DNA of 63,730 bases, filler included, from Collodictyon triciliatum (taxonomy: Eukaryota), in the NCBI GenBank assembly GCA_043381765.1. It is 7 parts of 7 records of this genome, joined end to end, with 100 filler letters (N's around TTAATTAATTAA, not from the genome) between each part and the next. Parts side by side here need not be neighbours in the genome. Positions count along the whole stretch, not along the records: positions 32,195 to 42,951 come from JBHJMP010002571.1; positions 43,052 to 53,802 come from JBHJMP010002572.1; 5 more parts are not named here. One strand, 5' to 3'. Below are positions 37,701 through 51,700 of this stretch, piece by piece (the first letter of the stretch is position 1; each line of letters opens with the position of its first letter). The translations under genes were made by a program, and so were the position numbers. The notes under the pieces were generated by a model. It made no database searches. It was given only the letters and a program-made list of their open reading frames with translations, and was not told where the DNA came from.

Positions 37701-40700
37701 GATCTTAAATATGGATGATAATTGTTCTAATCCTATCAACTTTGGATTTATAAATGAAAACAGTTTTAAAAAAACTGAAATGAAATCAATTATGAAAATA
37801 GGATGACTGGAATGTGCCCACAAAAAAGCATTATATGGGACAGCTTGACCGTTTTGGAAACCCTCAGAATCTATGCTACGTATGACTGATGAAATCTTAT
37901 TACTCCCACATAAAGCTACAAGTGATTTTGCTTTATCTTAGATTTTTCCATTTTTCTTTTAAAAAAAAATCTTTACAGGATTAAAAATATACACCCAGAC
38001 TTAGTAGACCCAGAATGTAACTACTATATGAGCACATTGCAGCTAGAAGATAAAGCAAATTCATTCTGCAAGTAAGAAAGTTCCCAATACTACCCTTAAA
38101 TGATTCCATCCATGCATATGAATAATTATAAAATACATGATCAATCGGCAGAACTTTGTCAGGTGGTATGAAACGAAAGCTTTCCGTTGCCATTGCTCTG
38201 CTTGGAAATTCCAAGGCATGAACATTTTAATTAATCCCTCTATGTCTAGCAATCCCTAAGTGTAACATCAAGAGCATCTGTTTTGACGGGTGGTTTTATT
38301 TTTAACGTGATGATTGCTTGTTGTTCCTCGATTCGATAATAGGTTGTCTTTCTTGATGAGCCAACTGCAGGAATGGACCCGTCATCACGTCGGGCCGTGT
38401 GGGATTTGATTTTAAGGTCTACATCAAATGAATATAGAGACAAAAACATGTCTTCTACGTATTGCCACTGTCTTGATAGAAAAAAAAAGAAAAAAAAAAA
38501 GAGGCACACGGACGATGTTTATTTAAATACACTCAATAGGGAGAAAATTAATCGTACCATTATCCTGACGACCCATCTGATGGACGAGGCGGATATCCTC
38601 GGAGATCAAATTGGAATTCTTGTAAAAGGCAGTTTAAAATGTTTTGGAAGCCCTCTCGAATTGAAATCTAGGTATGGGACTGGGTACAGGCTTACCTGCA
38701 GCACTAAAGAATTTTTTAATCCTGAAGTAGGGTTATCTTTTATACAAGAAAGGTGTCAGGTAACTAATTAAAAAACAATTATTTTCAAAAAAGGTAAAGA
38801 ATTAGAGTACATATAAGAAAAAAAAAGCATATCTTCTATCATTTGTTCTCTTCATCCAACATTCCTGAAGATATTCGTTCTAATCGTGGCAATAATAATT
38901 AACAATATTTTTCTGGCATTATTATACGTTTTAAGATGACGAAATTGATTTCTCGTGCCACCAAAGAGGCCAAATATCAACTCTTTGCAGATGATATTGA
39001 ATCCTTTCCTGCATTGTTTGAAGCTCTAGAATCCCGGAAATCGGAGCTAGGAATCGAATCATTCTCAATATCAGGTAGTTTGGATTCTTAACTATTTATA
39101 TTTATTTTCTGAGGGTCTAGTTTTCTTTTCTTTTCAATTTAGCCGAGCCACAAAAAATGCTGATACAATATCCAACTTTTCTTTTCTCCATAAGTGACGA
39201 GCTTGGAGGAGGTTTTTCTTAAGGTATTGCATGAAGAGGAAAGCTCATACCCCTCTGAATTCCGCCCTTCCATTGCACTCTCACAAACTGACTCGAATAC
39301 ATCTGATGAGAATCCTTTTAAGTAATAAAATGTTCAATGATTTCCATAAAATTGCACATACTTTATTATAACAACAGAACCTGAAGATAAATTGCTTATT
39401 TATTATATTTTTCATTCAATCTGATAAAATCTATATCAGTGGGGCACAATCACGTACAATTAGAAGGACATGGGATAATATCAAGGTATCTTGTCTATAT
39501 GGAAACCATATTCTTTCTTCTAACCTTTTTTTTCTTTTTTCTTTCTCTCTTTTTCACTTCTGTCCCCCCCCCCCCTTTTTTTTTTTTTTTTTTTCTTTTT
39601 TCCCCCCCCCCCCCTTTTTTTTTTTTTTTCCTTCATGTTTTTATTTAAATTTATTTATATACACACATTCAGCTCGTCTGCTGGAAAAAGCGTCTCAGTA
39701 CCTTAAGGGAGACGAAACAACTTGTCCATTTGATATCATTACCCATACAAGCAGCTGCTATGTTTCTCTTACTATTTTTAGTTGGGCTTTATGGCCAAGG
39801 AGATGCTGTTTCGCTGGCATTAACTCCGAAATTATTTCCAAATACGCCGATTCGTATACCCTACTGCATGCAAATTCAAGATTCAGATATTAGATATTCT
39901 CTTTCTCAAATATCCGACCTTGGTGTCGTTTTCGATGAGGTATTCTATATCAAACCATCATATTTTTTTTTCAAATTTTTCTCCTAAAATTTACAATTTA
40001 TTAGCTTCCTCCTACTCCTCTTTTTTTTTTTTTTTTTTTTTTTTGTCCACCATAATTTAATCAATTGATGCCTATTAATAATTGAATAAATATAACAAAT
40101 CATTTGGAAAGGTATCATGCCCCGACTCCACATGTTCATGTTTTGGTTCTTTCATAAAGGAGCAATCTGATATTTATAGCGCCATGTTATTCTCAGCATA
40201 TTCAGAAGATCCGAATATAAGATTGTAATCATACACGAATATATCCATACTACTCTACCTCAAAGCAGTCGTTAATGAACAATAAACATTAAGTTGATTT
40301 GTTTGTTTATGTAATGATCATGTATTTAAAGATCGTCTAAAATAGGCCCACCATTTTGTTCAATACCACTGCAATCCATAGCATTCCCGTTACTTTGAAT
40401 TTGATTGAAAATGCATTTGTTCGACATAACCTAAAGGACTACCAGTTTTCAATTTATACCAATGTATGTTTTATATTTTTGTTAATCCCAAAACACAAAA
40501 TGAACCATATTATCATGCAATTTATTAGAAAAGAGATTGGTAGAAAGATGACATTATTCATATACTCATGTTAAATATATCCTTATTACATCACAGAATG
40601 AGCCCCTTCCATCTGAGGGTGTTTTGCAATATGAATTCATGAATGCTTATATGCTATCCATTTACATTTTGATGGCAATATCGTGGATTCCGGGTATCAT

Positions 40701-42846
40701 CGTCAGTCCGACTTCGGCGGAAAAAAGTGTTAGTTACCACAGCGCTTTCATTTTTTGGCATAACTCATATTGATTTGTGATTGAAAATTTGCAAGGTTTC
40801 AGGGGTTTGATAACTTTGTCATTTAACCCATATATCTACTCACCATCGTTACACACACCACTTTTCTCTGTCTTTCTCTTTCTATTTTTCTTTCTATCTT
40901 TCTTTCTATTTTGTTTTCTGTTTTGTTTTCTTATCTCTTTAGTCCCTTTCATTTCAACAGCAGAGGATAAGCGGACTTTCATCTTTTCCCTACTGGATAG
41001 GAACATTTCTGGTTGATATGTGCATTTATGCATTTGTAGCTTTTATAATCATGATTGTTCTTAAGATTGTCGGTATCGTAAGTTGATTAAAATAACTAAA
41101 AAGAATATATCATACTTAGAAGTCGTTTGTCTATATTATATATAAGGAAATGTCGATTTTTTCATTTGCAAATTTAATTGTAACATTATATGACTATATA
41201 CTGTTTGTTTATTCTTGTTTTTTTCATTCTATTTTGACCTTACGAATTGGTTGTTTACAGAAATCGATGAGTGGAGAAGGTGCGCTAGTGATATTCCTGC
41301 TCCTTTTTCTCTACGGGGCATCTATTCTACCTCTTGCATACGTGTTTACAATTACATTCGAAAAAACCTCCACCGTGAACACTCTGCTTCACTTTATCAA
41401 CAGTTTCTCCAGTTTCATTCCAATATTCAGTATGTTTTGAGTCAAGAGAGCTTATTTTTCTTCTCAATGATTTTTTTTTTCACCTTCGTATTGAATATGG
41501 CATTTCAAGTACGATATCTTTTAAATTTATATATAAAAGACATAATCGTAAAAACATTATTTCTCCTCTCAAAATCCCTTCAGTCGTTTCGACGCTGGAA
41601 ATGACAACCTCAGAAACGGCCCAAGATGCTGCGAAGATAATCACATCAATATTCAGTATATTTCCAGCCTTTGCGGTAGGTTCAGGACTGTTTCATCTTG
41701 AACTGGAATATCTCGATAGGGTGGATTCTGATCGAGGTGAATGGAGTCCGTGGGACATGCATATTGCTGGGGGCAAGATTATTGCACTGCTAGTTGATTC
41801 CCTTGTATTCTGGGTGATCCTGTTTCTAGTCGACCATAAACTCTTGACAAGCTTCATCGGAAAGTTCATGGTTTGTATGCCTTTATAAACAATCTGTTAT
41901 ACCGAAGGAGAAGACAGCAATAGAAGGAAAGAAAGAAAAAGAAGGATGAAACACACGATTTGCAGCTCATTTTAATATTTTTCTTCCCTTTCTTCCATCG
42001 CAAGACACCTCACGGACATACGGATCAGCCCGAATTGGAGCAACATTTGCATGCGAATACTGTCCCAGACACGCGTGATAGTGATGTTGTTGCTGAAGAG
42101 GACAGGGTGAATGCTTCGTGCAACTCTGGAGAATCAATAGAAGACCTGACTATCCAAGGGATTTCTAAGGTATTTTTACTCTCTTTTTCTTTTTCTTTTT
42201 CTTTTTCTTTTTCTTTTTCTTTCTTTCTTTTTCCTCTCTGTGTTAGTTCACCAAGTCATGGAACGCCACAACGCCTTATATAAACAGGTGTATCATAACC
42301 AAGAATGGTTTACTGAAAAAAGCGAATTTCGCGCTTTGTGGGGCGTATACTTTGCTGCTCCAAAAGGCTCGTGCTTCGGTCTACTCGGGCCAAACGGAGG
42401 TAATGCAGAGAGCACTGATTAGGCACTTTTATTTGATTGCAAATAATGGTATCTATTTTTTGCTCTGTTTGGTGCAATTACTTGCATTTTTTTATTACCT
42501 GATAGAAACGAATTTGTATACAATAAATACCATTAGTAATTCTATAATGTAAATATTATATATGACTAGCTGGAAAGTCAACCTTAATGAACATAATTTC
42601 GAATGCTCTCTCGCCTTCGCAAGGGCGCGTTTACATCAAAGGTCTGCTCCACATAAGAATTTAACAAAATAATTATATGATCATTATAGTTGATGTAGTA
42701 TTCTGTCATAGAATCTTTTTTTATCTGTTTATATTTTATTATGATTATTTTTTTTTTAGGGGAATACGTTTACGAATCAAAAGTTTTGCAATATCCCCTT
42801 CTATCATCATGCCCTCAAACCGATCCAATCTTCCCGCAACTTAGTG
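34790..42846 (+). CDS. ABCA-subfamily full transporter (TMD-NBD-TMD-NBD), many exons, truncated at both ends
   Basis: [15 protein letters not shown]; Walker [68 protein letters not shown]; second Walker [15 protein letters not shown]. Confidence 0.95.
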
Positions 42847-42951
42847 TAACTCTTGAATACAAATAAAATACATATACCAAAAAAAAAAAAAAAAAAAAAA
42901 ATATACCAAAAAAAAAAAAAAAAAAGAAAAGAAAGAAGAAAGTAATCCAAG

Positions 42952-43051
42952 NNNNNNNNNNNNNNNNNNNNNNNNNNNNNNNNNNNNNNNNNNNNTTAAT
43001 TAATTAANNNNNNNNNNNNNNNNNNNNNNNNNNNNNNNNNNNNNNNNNNNN
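42952..43051. other. Artificial contig linker
   Basis: 44 N + TTAATTAATTAA + 44 N. Confidence 0.97.
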
Positions 43052-43257
43052 TTTTTTGTTTTTTGTTTTGTTTTTTGTTCTGCAAGCTTTTCTATTGGGA
43101 TTCTCAAGAGTCAAGGCATATTCCACTTTTTTTTTAAACTGGAGAGACGATTTCCCATGTTCGCGATCGATCTCAACGATTAAGTGCGGCTGCCAAAATA
43201 AACCTCCGCCTGATTTGCCTCTCAAAAACGCAAAGGACGAAAGCAAAAGCCAGAGAC

Positions 43258-44800
43258 ATGTCCGCCTTCCCGCGCTTTGAAGACCGAAACTTCACACGGT
43301 ACTTCCTCACAGGCGAGTCCATTATCTTTCTCGTCGTTACAAGAACGGTTGTTAAACTCCCAGAGCGCTATTACTTTTTATCCTTTCCATATTTCATTCT
43401 TTTATTTCTTTTTGTGCTATTGTTTGTTGCCTGACAGCATTAAAAATAAAAAAAAAAATAGAAGCTCTTCTTGCCTTATTTCTGCCTTTATGACTTAGTG
43501 TTTTTCTTCCTCTTCCTTCCTTGCCGAAGGCGCTATCGTCTCAATACGTTACTTTTATCGTGGCATTCAATCAGATGTCGAAGGAAAGCCTGGGCATGAC
43601 CAGTACGTCCACCGCTGCATCAACTTGTATGTGACCCTCGCTTTCAGTTGCTGGAGAACGCTGTTCACTATATCCCATCCTCGTGAATCTGGTTTAATCA
43701 GTTTGCAGTGCTGCTAACAATCTCTTTAACTGCTCGCTCTCAAGAAAGATGCGAGTCGATAACTCGTACATAATAAGAAAAAAAATATAATATCCCATCT
43801 GACACTTTTTTTAATGCTAAATCCTGCTCTGCATATATTCCTAAAAGCGCTATGATTGTCGGAATCGCACCAGGACATCCCATCTTCACGGACAAGCCCG
43901 AAGGAGGCCGCAATATCACCAAAGCAGGGCTTTTTCGAACTCTAGGCATATTATGTGGTTGCATCTTTTGGGCATATCTATACAGTCCAGCCAACTGATG
44001 TCACCCTTGTCCTAACTATACTGTTGCAATTGTGCTCGTTGTTTCTGATGCTGATAAACTAACCAGATTGAATATCTCATCAAAGCTGGGGACTCTAATG
44101 ACGAATCCTCTTGGGCCAAGAAAAATACCAGTGCATTATGTGTTTAGTTCTAACCAAAATTGTTGTGGATAAATACTTTGTAATCTTCATTCTTTTTTTC
44201 TTTTTCAAAAGCTTGGATTGAATGACGGAATCGCTATTTCAATATGTTTCTTGTTTTCCTACCTGTCCACTTTTCTACATCTTTGTTTTTCTGTTGCATA
44301 CTCTGAATATACAGGGTCGGTATACTCGAGTGGGTTCACGAAAACCTCTTTGCAAAGTCACATGCGACGATGGCCAGCAGTATTCTTTTTGTTGTGGTGG
44401 CTCTGGATATGTTGCAGAGTTCAATGAAAGAGCCATCAGCGACCCCAGTCTCATCATGCGAAAGGTCCTTCACTATTTTATTTTTTTTTGTCTACTCGCG
44501 CCTTGAACAAGATTTGAATATTTATTTTTTTTTAAAAAAAAGATATATTTATGTTATCAAAGACGTAATATCTTAAAGTGAACTATGATCATTTTGTTTT
44601 GTTATTTTTTTCGTGTGACATCTGCATATCACTCTGCATTGATCGAAGGAAGAACTAAAAAAAAAAAAAATTCTTTGCGTACACAGCCCATGACAGAAGG
44701 CTTTCTAGCTATAGTCATGCCTTGGCGTGGGAGCGAAGAGTCCTCCATCTCGGGTTTGATGACACAAGAAGCGTACGACGAGCACCGCAGCGGGAAATAG
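43258..44800 (+). CDS. ABITRAM: ABITRAM/FAM206A (Simiate) homologue, glycine-cleavage-H-like fold
   Basis: Spliced product MSAFPRFEDRNFTRYFLT|DVEGKPGHDQYVHRCIN|..MIVGIAPGHPIF..ITK|IEY..|PLCKVTCDDGQQY..GYVAEFNE...DPSLIMRK|PMTEGFLAIVMP follows the family motifs (DRYFTR, HP, PLCKI.C.DG, E.NE, P.TEG.IA). It requires two GC-AG introns. Confidence 0.8.
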
Positions 44801-45378
44801 AAGGAAGAATCACCAACCTCTATCAAAAAAAAAAAAACGTCTGGAGATACCCCCATTCATCTTGGGTATTCGATATGATATTGTGTTCTCGTCCATAACC
44901 TGACGTTGGTTTCACTAAACACCCTACTTAGAATAAAAGAAAAAGATAAAGAGGTGGGCATATTTCTACTTTGACTGCAATGTCAGCGCCTACGGTGCTT
45001 ATCATGGAATACACTCGTCGGCTTGCATATCCGCTCATATCTAAGATTCATTTTGTCCCTTCCTGTTTTACTTCTATTTTTTTTTTTAAATATTTGAGTC
45101 TTTGATACACCAACTTTGTTTTGAATCATCTCAATTCATAATCCCTTCATTCTGCAAGGCGAATCAATATTAAAAAATACTCTATTTATCTGGTTTTTTT
45201 TGACTCGAATGAATCAAAGTGATGATTTGCGCGTATGTCGAATATGATTCAACACCAGCTATTGCTCACTAAACTTGCAGTAATTCTGAAGTGGGTATTT
45301 ATAAATGAATGAAAGGGTGAAAAGATGAAAGAAAGGAATCTTACAACTCTCGTGTGCAAAGATTTGTTAAAGCACAAG

Positions 45379-46083
45379 TTATTCCCCCGGTTGGCGGGTT
45401 GGGTGGAGCCTCCATTCGCGAGTCGTTTGTGAACCGAGTTTCTGCGTCCTTGGAGACGGAGTTGTCTTTGGAGGACGATGAGTGTTTGGTATGGATGGGC
45501 TGGGATACGTGAGACTATTTCGCGCAGAGAGGTCTTCCACCAGCTTCACAAAGAACATAAGCCAAATAGTTGTACAAGCCATGGTCAAAAGATATGCAAT
45601 ATAATACAACTTCAATAATTTGAAATGAATGTTGATTGATGAACTAGTTTCAAACCAGTGGCGCCACCGAAGAGGCCAAGTCAAGCTTCGGTATTTCCCA
45701 ATCTTTGTTGCGTCGCTGTTGCTCCATAATTTGACCCCTCTTGTCCAAGTATTGACTGCGCCGTTGTATACCTTCCTACATAACACATGATGCTAAAATG
45801 AGGCGCTTGTGCTCGGATTTTAGTGAGACAGAATCAAATCAACAAGATGAAATAATCAAATTTTGTTTCGAATTATGCTTGGTGAAAGGATTTACTTTTG
45901 AAAGAGGAATGCTACTTTGCCTTGGCAATTTGCCGTCAAAACAAAGAAAGAAGCTAAGCATTGCCATCTAAGTAAAAACGAACCATGGTCTTTAACTCGT
46001 GAGTCCTTTTTTCCTCTGCAAGAAGATTTCGGGTGGTCTCCGACCGTGTTTGGCATACTTTGTTCACATGTTCAATTCTAAAA

Positions 46084-46174
<91 letters not shown>

Positions 46175-48389
46175 ATATAGTCATTGCCCTGCAAGGAGCT
46201 ACATTATTTGAAGGGTATATGCAAAGAAGCGCCACTAGGTGTATCGATATTGTTTATATTCGATTATAGTCACTCTAAATATTTGAAACAAGTGCCTTTG
46301 TGAGACTTCCGCGTTTCTTTTCATGCGCTCAGACTCTGCCTGGTCCAATCGTGCACACAGATTCATTTCGACATCAATAAGGTGTTGTTCGAGCTTGTCG
46401 AGTTCCTTGACATCGAAAAATTGAATAAAAAAAAAAAGAAAAAGAAGAAAATAGGAACGTAATGGATGAGTCAGTTTTGGATGCTGTATAAAACTGTGTC
46501 TCAAAATTATCTGCACGTAGCCGCACGTTTGGCAGTCTAAATTATTCATGAGTATGCGTATAATCAAAATGAACTTGTCTTCTTCTATCTTCCACGGTCG
46601 ACATCTTCTCATTCAGTTCTTGTTTCTTCGCATTTGATGCCATCTAAATCAGAAAAAGGATGTTTGAATAAGGAACACTGATACGCATATTTCAGAGAGT
46701 TAATCAAAAGATCGATTTTGTAAAAGTCATTCTGGTCGGATCAATGGAAATCTAGTTGATTTAAAATACAACCTGCTTCTCAAGCTCAACTATTTCAGAT
46801 ACGGCATGTTCGTAGAGAGATTTTGCCTGTGAGAGGAAAGAAAGAAATTTGATTCACAGGAGTTTCATCAGACTTATATATAAGAAAACTAATCGAGTAG
46901 TAATATGCCACCTCAAGAAGAATCCTCTCCTTTTCACGTCTCGAGCTTTCAATAGACATATGCTTGGCTGTTCGCTCGTCTATGGCTCTTTTCTTCAAAT
47001 CTTGTGCCCTTGCCTTTTGAGCATTTGAAATAGAAGGAAAAGAACGAAAGAGAATGATATCAAACCCTGTAACTGTCGCTGGTGCATCTCAAATGGGGTT
47101 CTCTTTCAAGTTTTTCATTATATCGATAGGTATGGTATTTCCTAACCACTCACAATCATGGCGTTTTCGTATGCTCTCCTTTCTGTCCACCTCATTAACA
47201 TTTATTATTAGTTACAAAAAATTGCATGAATCTAATTAAAATTGAATTATCGAATTGATTCGCAAGGGCATCATATAATCAAAAGAGGTTAATTTCGTTT
47301 CAAAAGAGGCCATAGTCTTAAATAGTAACATGTTTGATATATTAAGAGAAAATGAACTACTTGGCCGAGTGTTGGTGTTCGCGCTCAACCATTTGCTCGA
47401 CCAGTATTTGCCTTTGGATATCGCTCAGTTGGCGCAGCTCGAGATTCAACTCCGTCTTTTTTCTCTCTGTTTCACTTCTAAGGCTGGCTTCATCATGCTT
47501 TTAATACAATCTTAATTTAATGGAAAACGGGGTTTTCATACGAGGTATTAACTCTCTCTCTCTCTCTATATCTCTGGAGGGCAGGTTCAATAAACAATCA
47601 GAATCACAAATGAATCGGAGAAACTAGTTCTAGATTAGTATTCATACTATCCTGGCTTCCATCATCAAATATGGACTTGCAAGGGTGAAGGAGAAAAAAA
47701 AAAGAAAGATAATTGTATTGATGAGCAATATAGATGCACACTTTTTGTTCATGCAGTGAATCCAGACGGTATTGCTCCTCCATCTCCTTTTGCTTTGCTT
47801 CAAGTCGCCGAAGAAGTGCATCATGTTCCTGTAGCGTGCAAAGAAAGGAAAAGAAGAGTTTTTTTTTAGGGTAAATGTTTTTCGTGAAGAGAGAATTGGA
47901 AGGCGTGCCTCCGTCTTTGCCTTCAGTGCACGTCGCTTGCGGCTGCTCATTTCCCTCTGGAATTTGCTCGCTTGGGCATCAACAGACCCTTGCAGAGCAC
48001 CTCGCAAAGTCTTTAGATATTGTGCCAGAATTAGTGTATTTGCGTGGGTCAATTAGTGTCTGTTACAGGTGTTTCTAGTAGAGCCTTATGTGCTGGAAAA
48101 TAGATAACAAAATAATGAAGGAATAAAGGAATAAAGGATTAAAGGAATAAAGGAATAAAGGAATAAAGGAATAAAGGAATAAAGGAATAAAGGAATAAAG
48201 GAATAAAGGAATAAAGGATTAAATGAATAAAGGAATAAAGGAATAAAGGAATAAAGGAATAAAGGAATAAAGGAATAAAGGAATAAAGGAATAAAAAAAA
48301 CTAGCAGGAAATCCAGTCTGGCATATACGCGCATGAAATGGGGTCGTTTGCCGGCTCACCTTTGTTTGTGATCGAACGGCCGCTTCCAT
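45379..48389 (-). CDS. Multi-exon charged coiled-coil protein of unknown function
   Basis: MEAAVRSQTK|TLRGALQG..|EHDALLRRLEAKQKEMEEQ..|HDEASLRSETERKK.. with consistent phases in the first four exons and a Pro/Thr-rich last exon. No family recognised. Confidence 0.6.
46080..46175. repeat. (AAAT)n intronic microsatellite
   Basis: Read directly from the sequence. Confidence 0.9.
48118..48295. repeat. (GGAATAAA)n intronic tandem repeat
   Basis: 8-mer array with two variant units. Confidence 0.9.
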
Positions 48390-48497
48390 CGCCTTTCACT
48401 TAGGCCTGCCACAATTCTTTTTCTTTTTCTTTATCTTTTTTTCCTAATGTGTTGGATTAAACTCAACGGTTAAGCGTTTCGGATTCGAACAACCGCA

Positions 48498-48592
48498 AAG
48501 AAGAAAGAAGAAAGAAGAAAGAAGAAAGAAGAAAGAAGAAAGAAGAAAGAAGAAAGAAGAAAGAAGAAAGAAGAAAGAAGAAAGAAGAAAGA
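48498..48592. repeat. (AAGAAAG)n intergenic tandem repeat
   Basis: 7-mer array read directly from the sequence. Confidence 0.9.
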
Positions 48593-48767
48593 GACTGCCG
48601 ACACACGACAGGCTTTTGGAAGCAAGTCAACACGTTCAGTTTATATTCTTTGTCTTGGACACATCATTGCAGTTTGTGGTTTATTCATCAAGTAACTCAT
48701 CACGGCCGACAGGAAAACGAATGAGGGCGCTGACATTTCCTTGCATCGCGCTCTGTTTACGAAGCGT

Positions 48768-51700
48768 TCATGCCGTAGTTGCGCTCGTAATGCTTTGGGT
48801 GCGTGAAACAGAAGAAGGCCGCAAGAACGCGCAGTGGGTGGCGATTGTGGGGCTTTGTTTAGCGCTCAATGTCCGCAATGACTTTCTTTTTCTTTTCATC
48901 TCTTGCTTTTCAGTTTTCGGAATGAATCTTACCACAAACTGAACCATGGAACTTCGCGAGCGGGAGTCCGCCTCGATACTCTGACTCAACTCCTCCGAAA
49001 GCTTGCAAAAGTCGCTTGACGTATTTGCAATTAGTTCGAGGTAGTCGTCCTGCTCGTTGCGTAACTTCTGTATCTCTTGCTTGAGGCGGCTGATTTCTAG
49101 GATGAGAATTAAAGATAATGCAGTATTAAAAGGAATGGTATTGAAAGTGCAGAGTGATAGGGTACTTGTTTTCGAGGGGTAGAGAAGTATGCGTTGGGAA
49201 GTGATACTCTAAACTTGCATCTGTTAAGAATGCACTCCTTACAAGAAGTGGATGGGAAGAAGATATGCATACGTATCGATATTTATCAAAAGAAAAACTA
49301 GGCGAATGAACCTGTAATGTGGTACATTTTTCTCAGGGCCGTGCTTTTCAAAGTGGACTCAATCCCCTTCAGCTTCTTTTCTTTCTCATGAATTCGCGAG
49401 TGGTGTGTGAGCAAGAGAGAGTTTTGAGATACCTATGAATTGCGGGGGAAAGTATGGTTTTTTCTTAGCAGGAGGGACGCATGGAAATACCACAAGAGTA
49501 AAGCGAGTCAATTATTACCTTTTTGTTTTACACCAGAATTCGTTAAGAAAAAGATGAAATAAATAAATAAATCAGACGAAACTATATTTTAGATGATATG
49601 CAGAATATGAATCTCAAAATGAAATGCCTTTAAGGATTGCTATCAAAATAAATGGTTGTTTAGTTGAGAGATACTGTATTTCGCTGAAGGAGTGCGTGCT
49701 TTCTCAGTGTCTCAGCAATCTTGGAGGTAAAACTCCAATCTTCTTCGACTAGAACCGTCAGCTTATCAGCGATGGGCTCGTCTTTGCATATTTTCTGGTA
49801 TTCGGACCTTGAGAAAAAGAGGGGAAGACACAAATGTCTTAAACCCACAGAAATAAGATATTCGATGCAATGGTTGTAAGGAGTGTCATATACGATTTCA
49901 TTTCGATGGCTTTCTTCCACTTCGAGCGGCTCTCTGCAGAGGGGAAGCGCACGACGTATACATTTTTTCCGAGAGATGTGAGGGACAAATCTGAAATTAT
50001 AACAATTATCAGATTGTGAATCGAGATATAATGTCACCATAATTCAAGCAAAGAATGAAAGAGAGTACAGCCACATATGAAGACATTGCAGAGTTTGTTA
50101 CCTGCATCATCTATTTCTTTCAACTGCATATCCAAGAAGCTGATAGATTCCTTGAAGAAAAGTGATTCAGGACGTCAGATCAGAAAAACAGAGGATACGT
50201 TTTCAATGAATTAAGAAATACATAAAATAGGCTTCACATACGAATTGAATTGGTTCTTTTGCTTTATGGCCTCGCTTCCCAAATAACGAGAAAACATATT
50301 TGGTGCATACAAAAAAAACTCACTAAATATTCGGCAGGGCCACGACCGTAGTCAATTCCGACCTATAATTTGGAAATATGAAATAAGATAGAATTAAAGA
50401 ACTCAGTCACATGGCAATCCTTATAGAACGGAGTTATGCTTCGAATTTCCAATTAAATATTCAACAAAATACATAACAGGAAACGAAACGGATACCACCA
50501 TCAGACCAGAAAAAAAAATTACTTTAGCAAAATACTCACAATCAAGGCATCCGTGACCAAAGCAAGGATAATTGGGATTTGGACAATAGAGCCTCCGACT
50601 TCTGAAAACATCATCTGGCAATTTTCTACAACTTCTACAGATTTATATCTAGAGAGCAAGGGCTGACAGAAAAAAGAACATCGTTTATTTAGGTCTTTTA
50701 TTTTCCGTTGTATTCATCATTCATATTATCTGATTTACTCGCTCCTCTGTCTTTTGGTATGTCGAAATGGTCATCATTTCGGTATCGAATTAATTATTCT
50801 TTTTTTGTGATGCTATATCATTTTTAAGTAAAAGTTGTACCGATTCTAGAGCTTCGATGTTCTTTGCATATTTTTGAACCGATAGTATGACATTTTGGAT
50901 AATTTTACCCCAGGTTTGGATATTTTCGATACTGATTAATATTAAACGATCAATAAATTGCTTCAAAACGACAGGATAGTACTAAATTTTTAAAATTACA
51001 TTCTGGACAATATGTATTGAAGAAAAACTGCTTCATGGGTTGTGCAACTCTTGTGATAATAGTTCACCTTGTAGAATAAAGTGTGAGAGTCTTATCTTTA
51101 CCGACGATTTCTAGAGGTGCGTTAGATTTTATTTGGTTGGCACTGGGCTGAAACAAAAAACTGTTACCACGGCACCTAATTATTTGAAATTTATTAAAAT
51201 CAACTTGATGTAATCAAGCAAAAGACTTATTTAGGAAAAAATTCAAAAACTGCATCTATTGTCAAACTTACGGGGAATCCAGCGAAACATTAGGAATATT
51301 CACAGAGGATTTTTCATTTAATGTGAGCACATCCTACAAAATTGGGTTTATATGTAATTTAGTTCTTTAAAATCTTTTATTTTCTTCAAAAAAAAAAAAA
51401 AACAAGTACTATTTAAATACTCATATTAATATTTAAGCAGCCATCACACAATATGATAAGATCCATGATCCTTTTTTTCTTTTCTTTTTTTGCGAGACGT
51501 ACCTCAACTTTCACGGAATACATTCCTCTTCTAAGTCGGTAGATTTTATTATGGCGCAAGAAGTAAAAGTCCCACTTGGGCATTGACGTGGTTCGCATGA
51601 ACTTCGCCAGCCATCCTCTCATTTCAGTGGGCCAGCTCTGTGGGATTATTGATAAGTGTAATTTTAAAAGATACCAGATAGAATAGTTCAGGGTTGTTTC

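Noticed and set aside
46078-46295. A further GC donor (AAG|GCACTT) in the coiled-coil gene
   Set aside because: An in-phase GT donor lies six nucleotides downstream, so the GC donor is not required.
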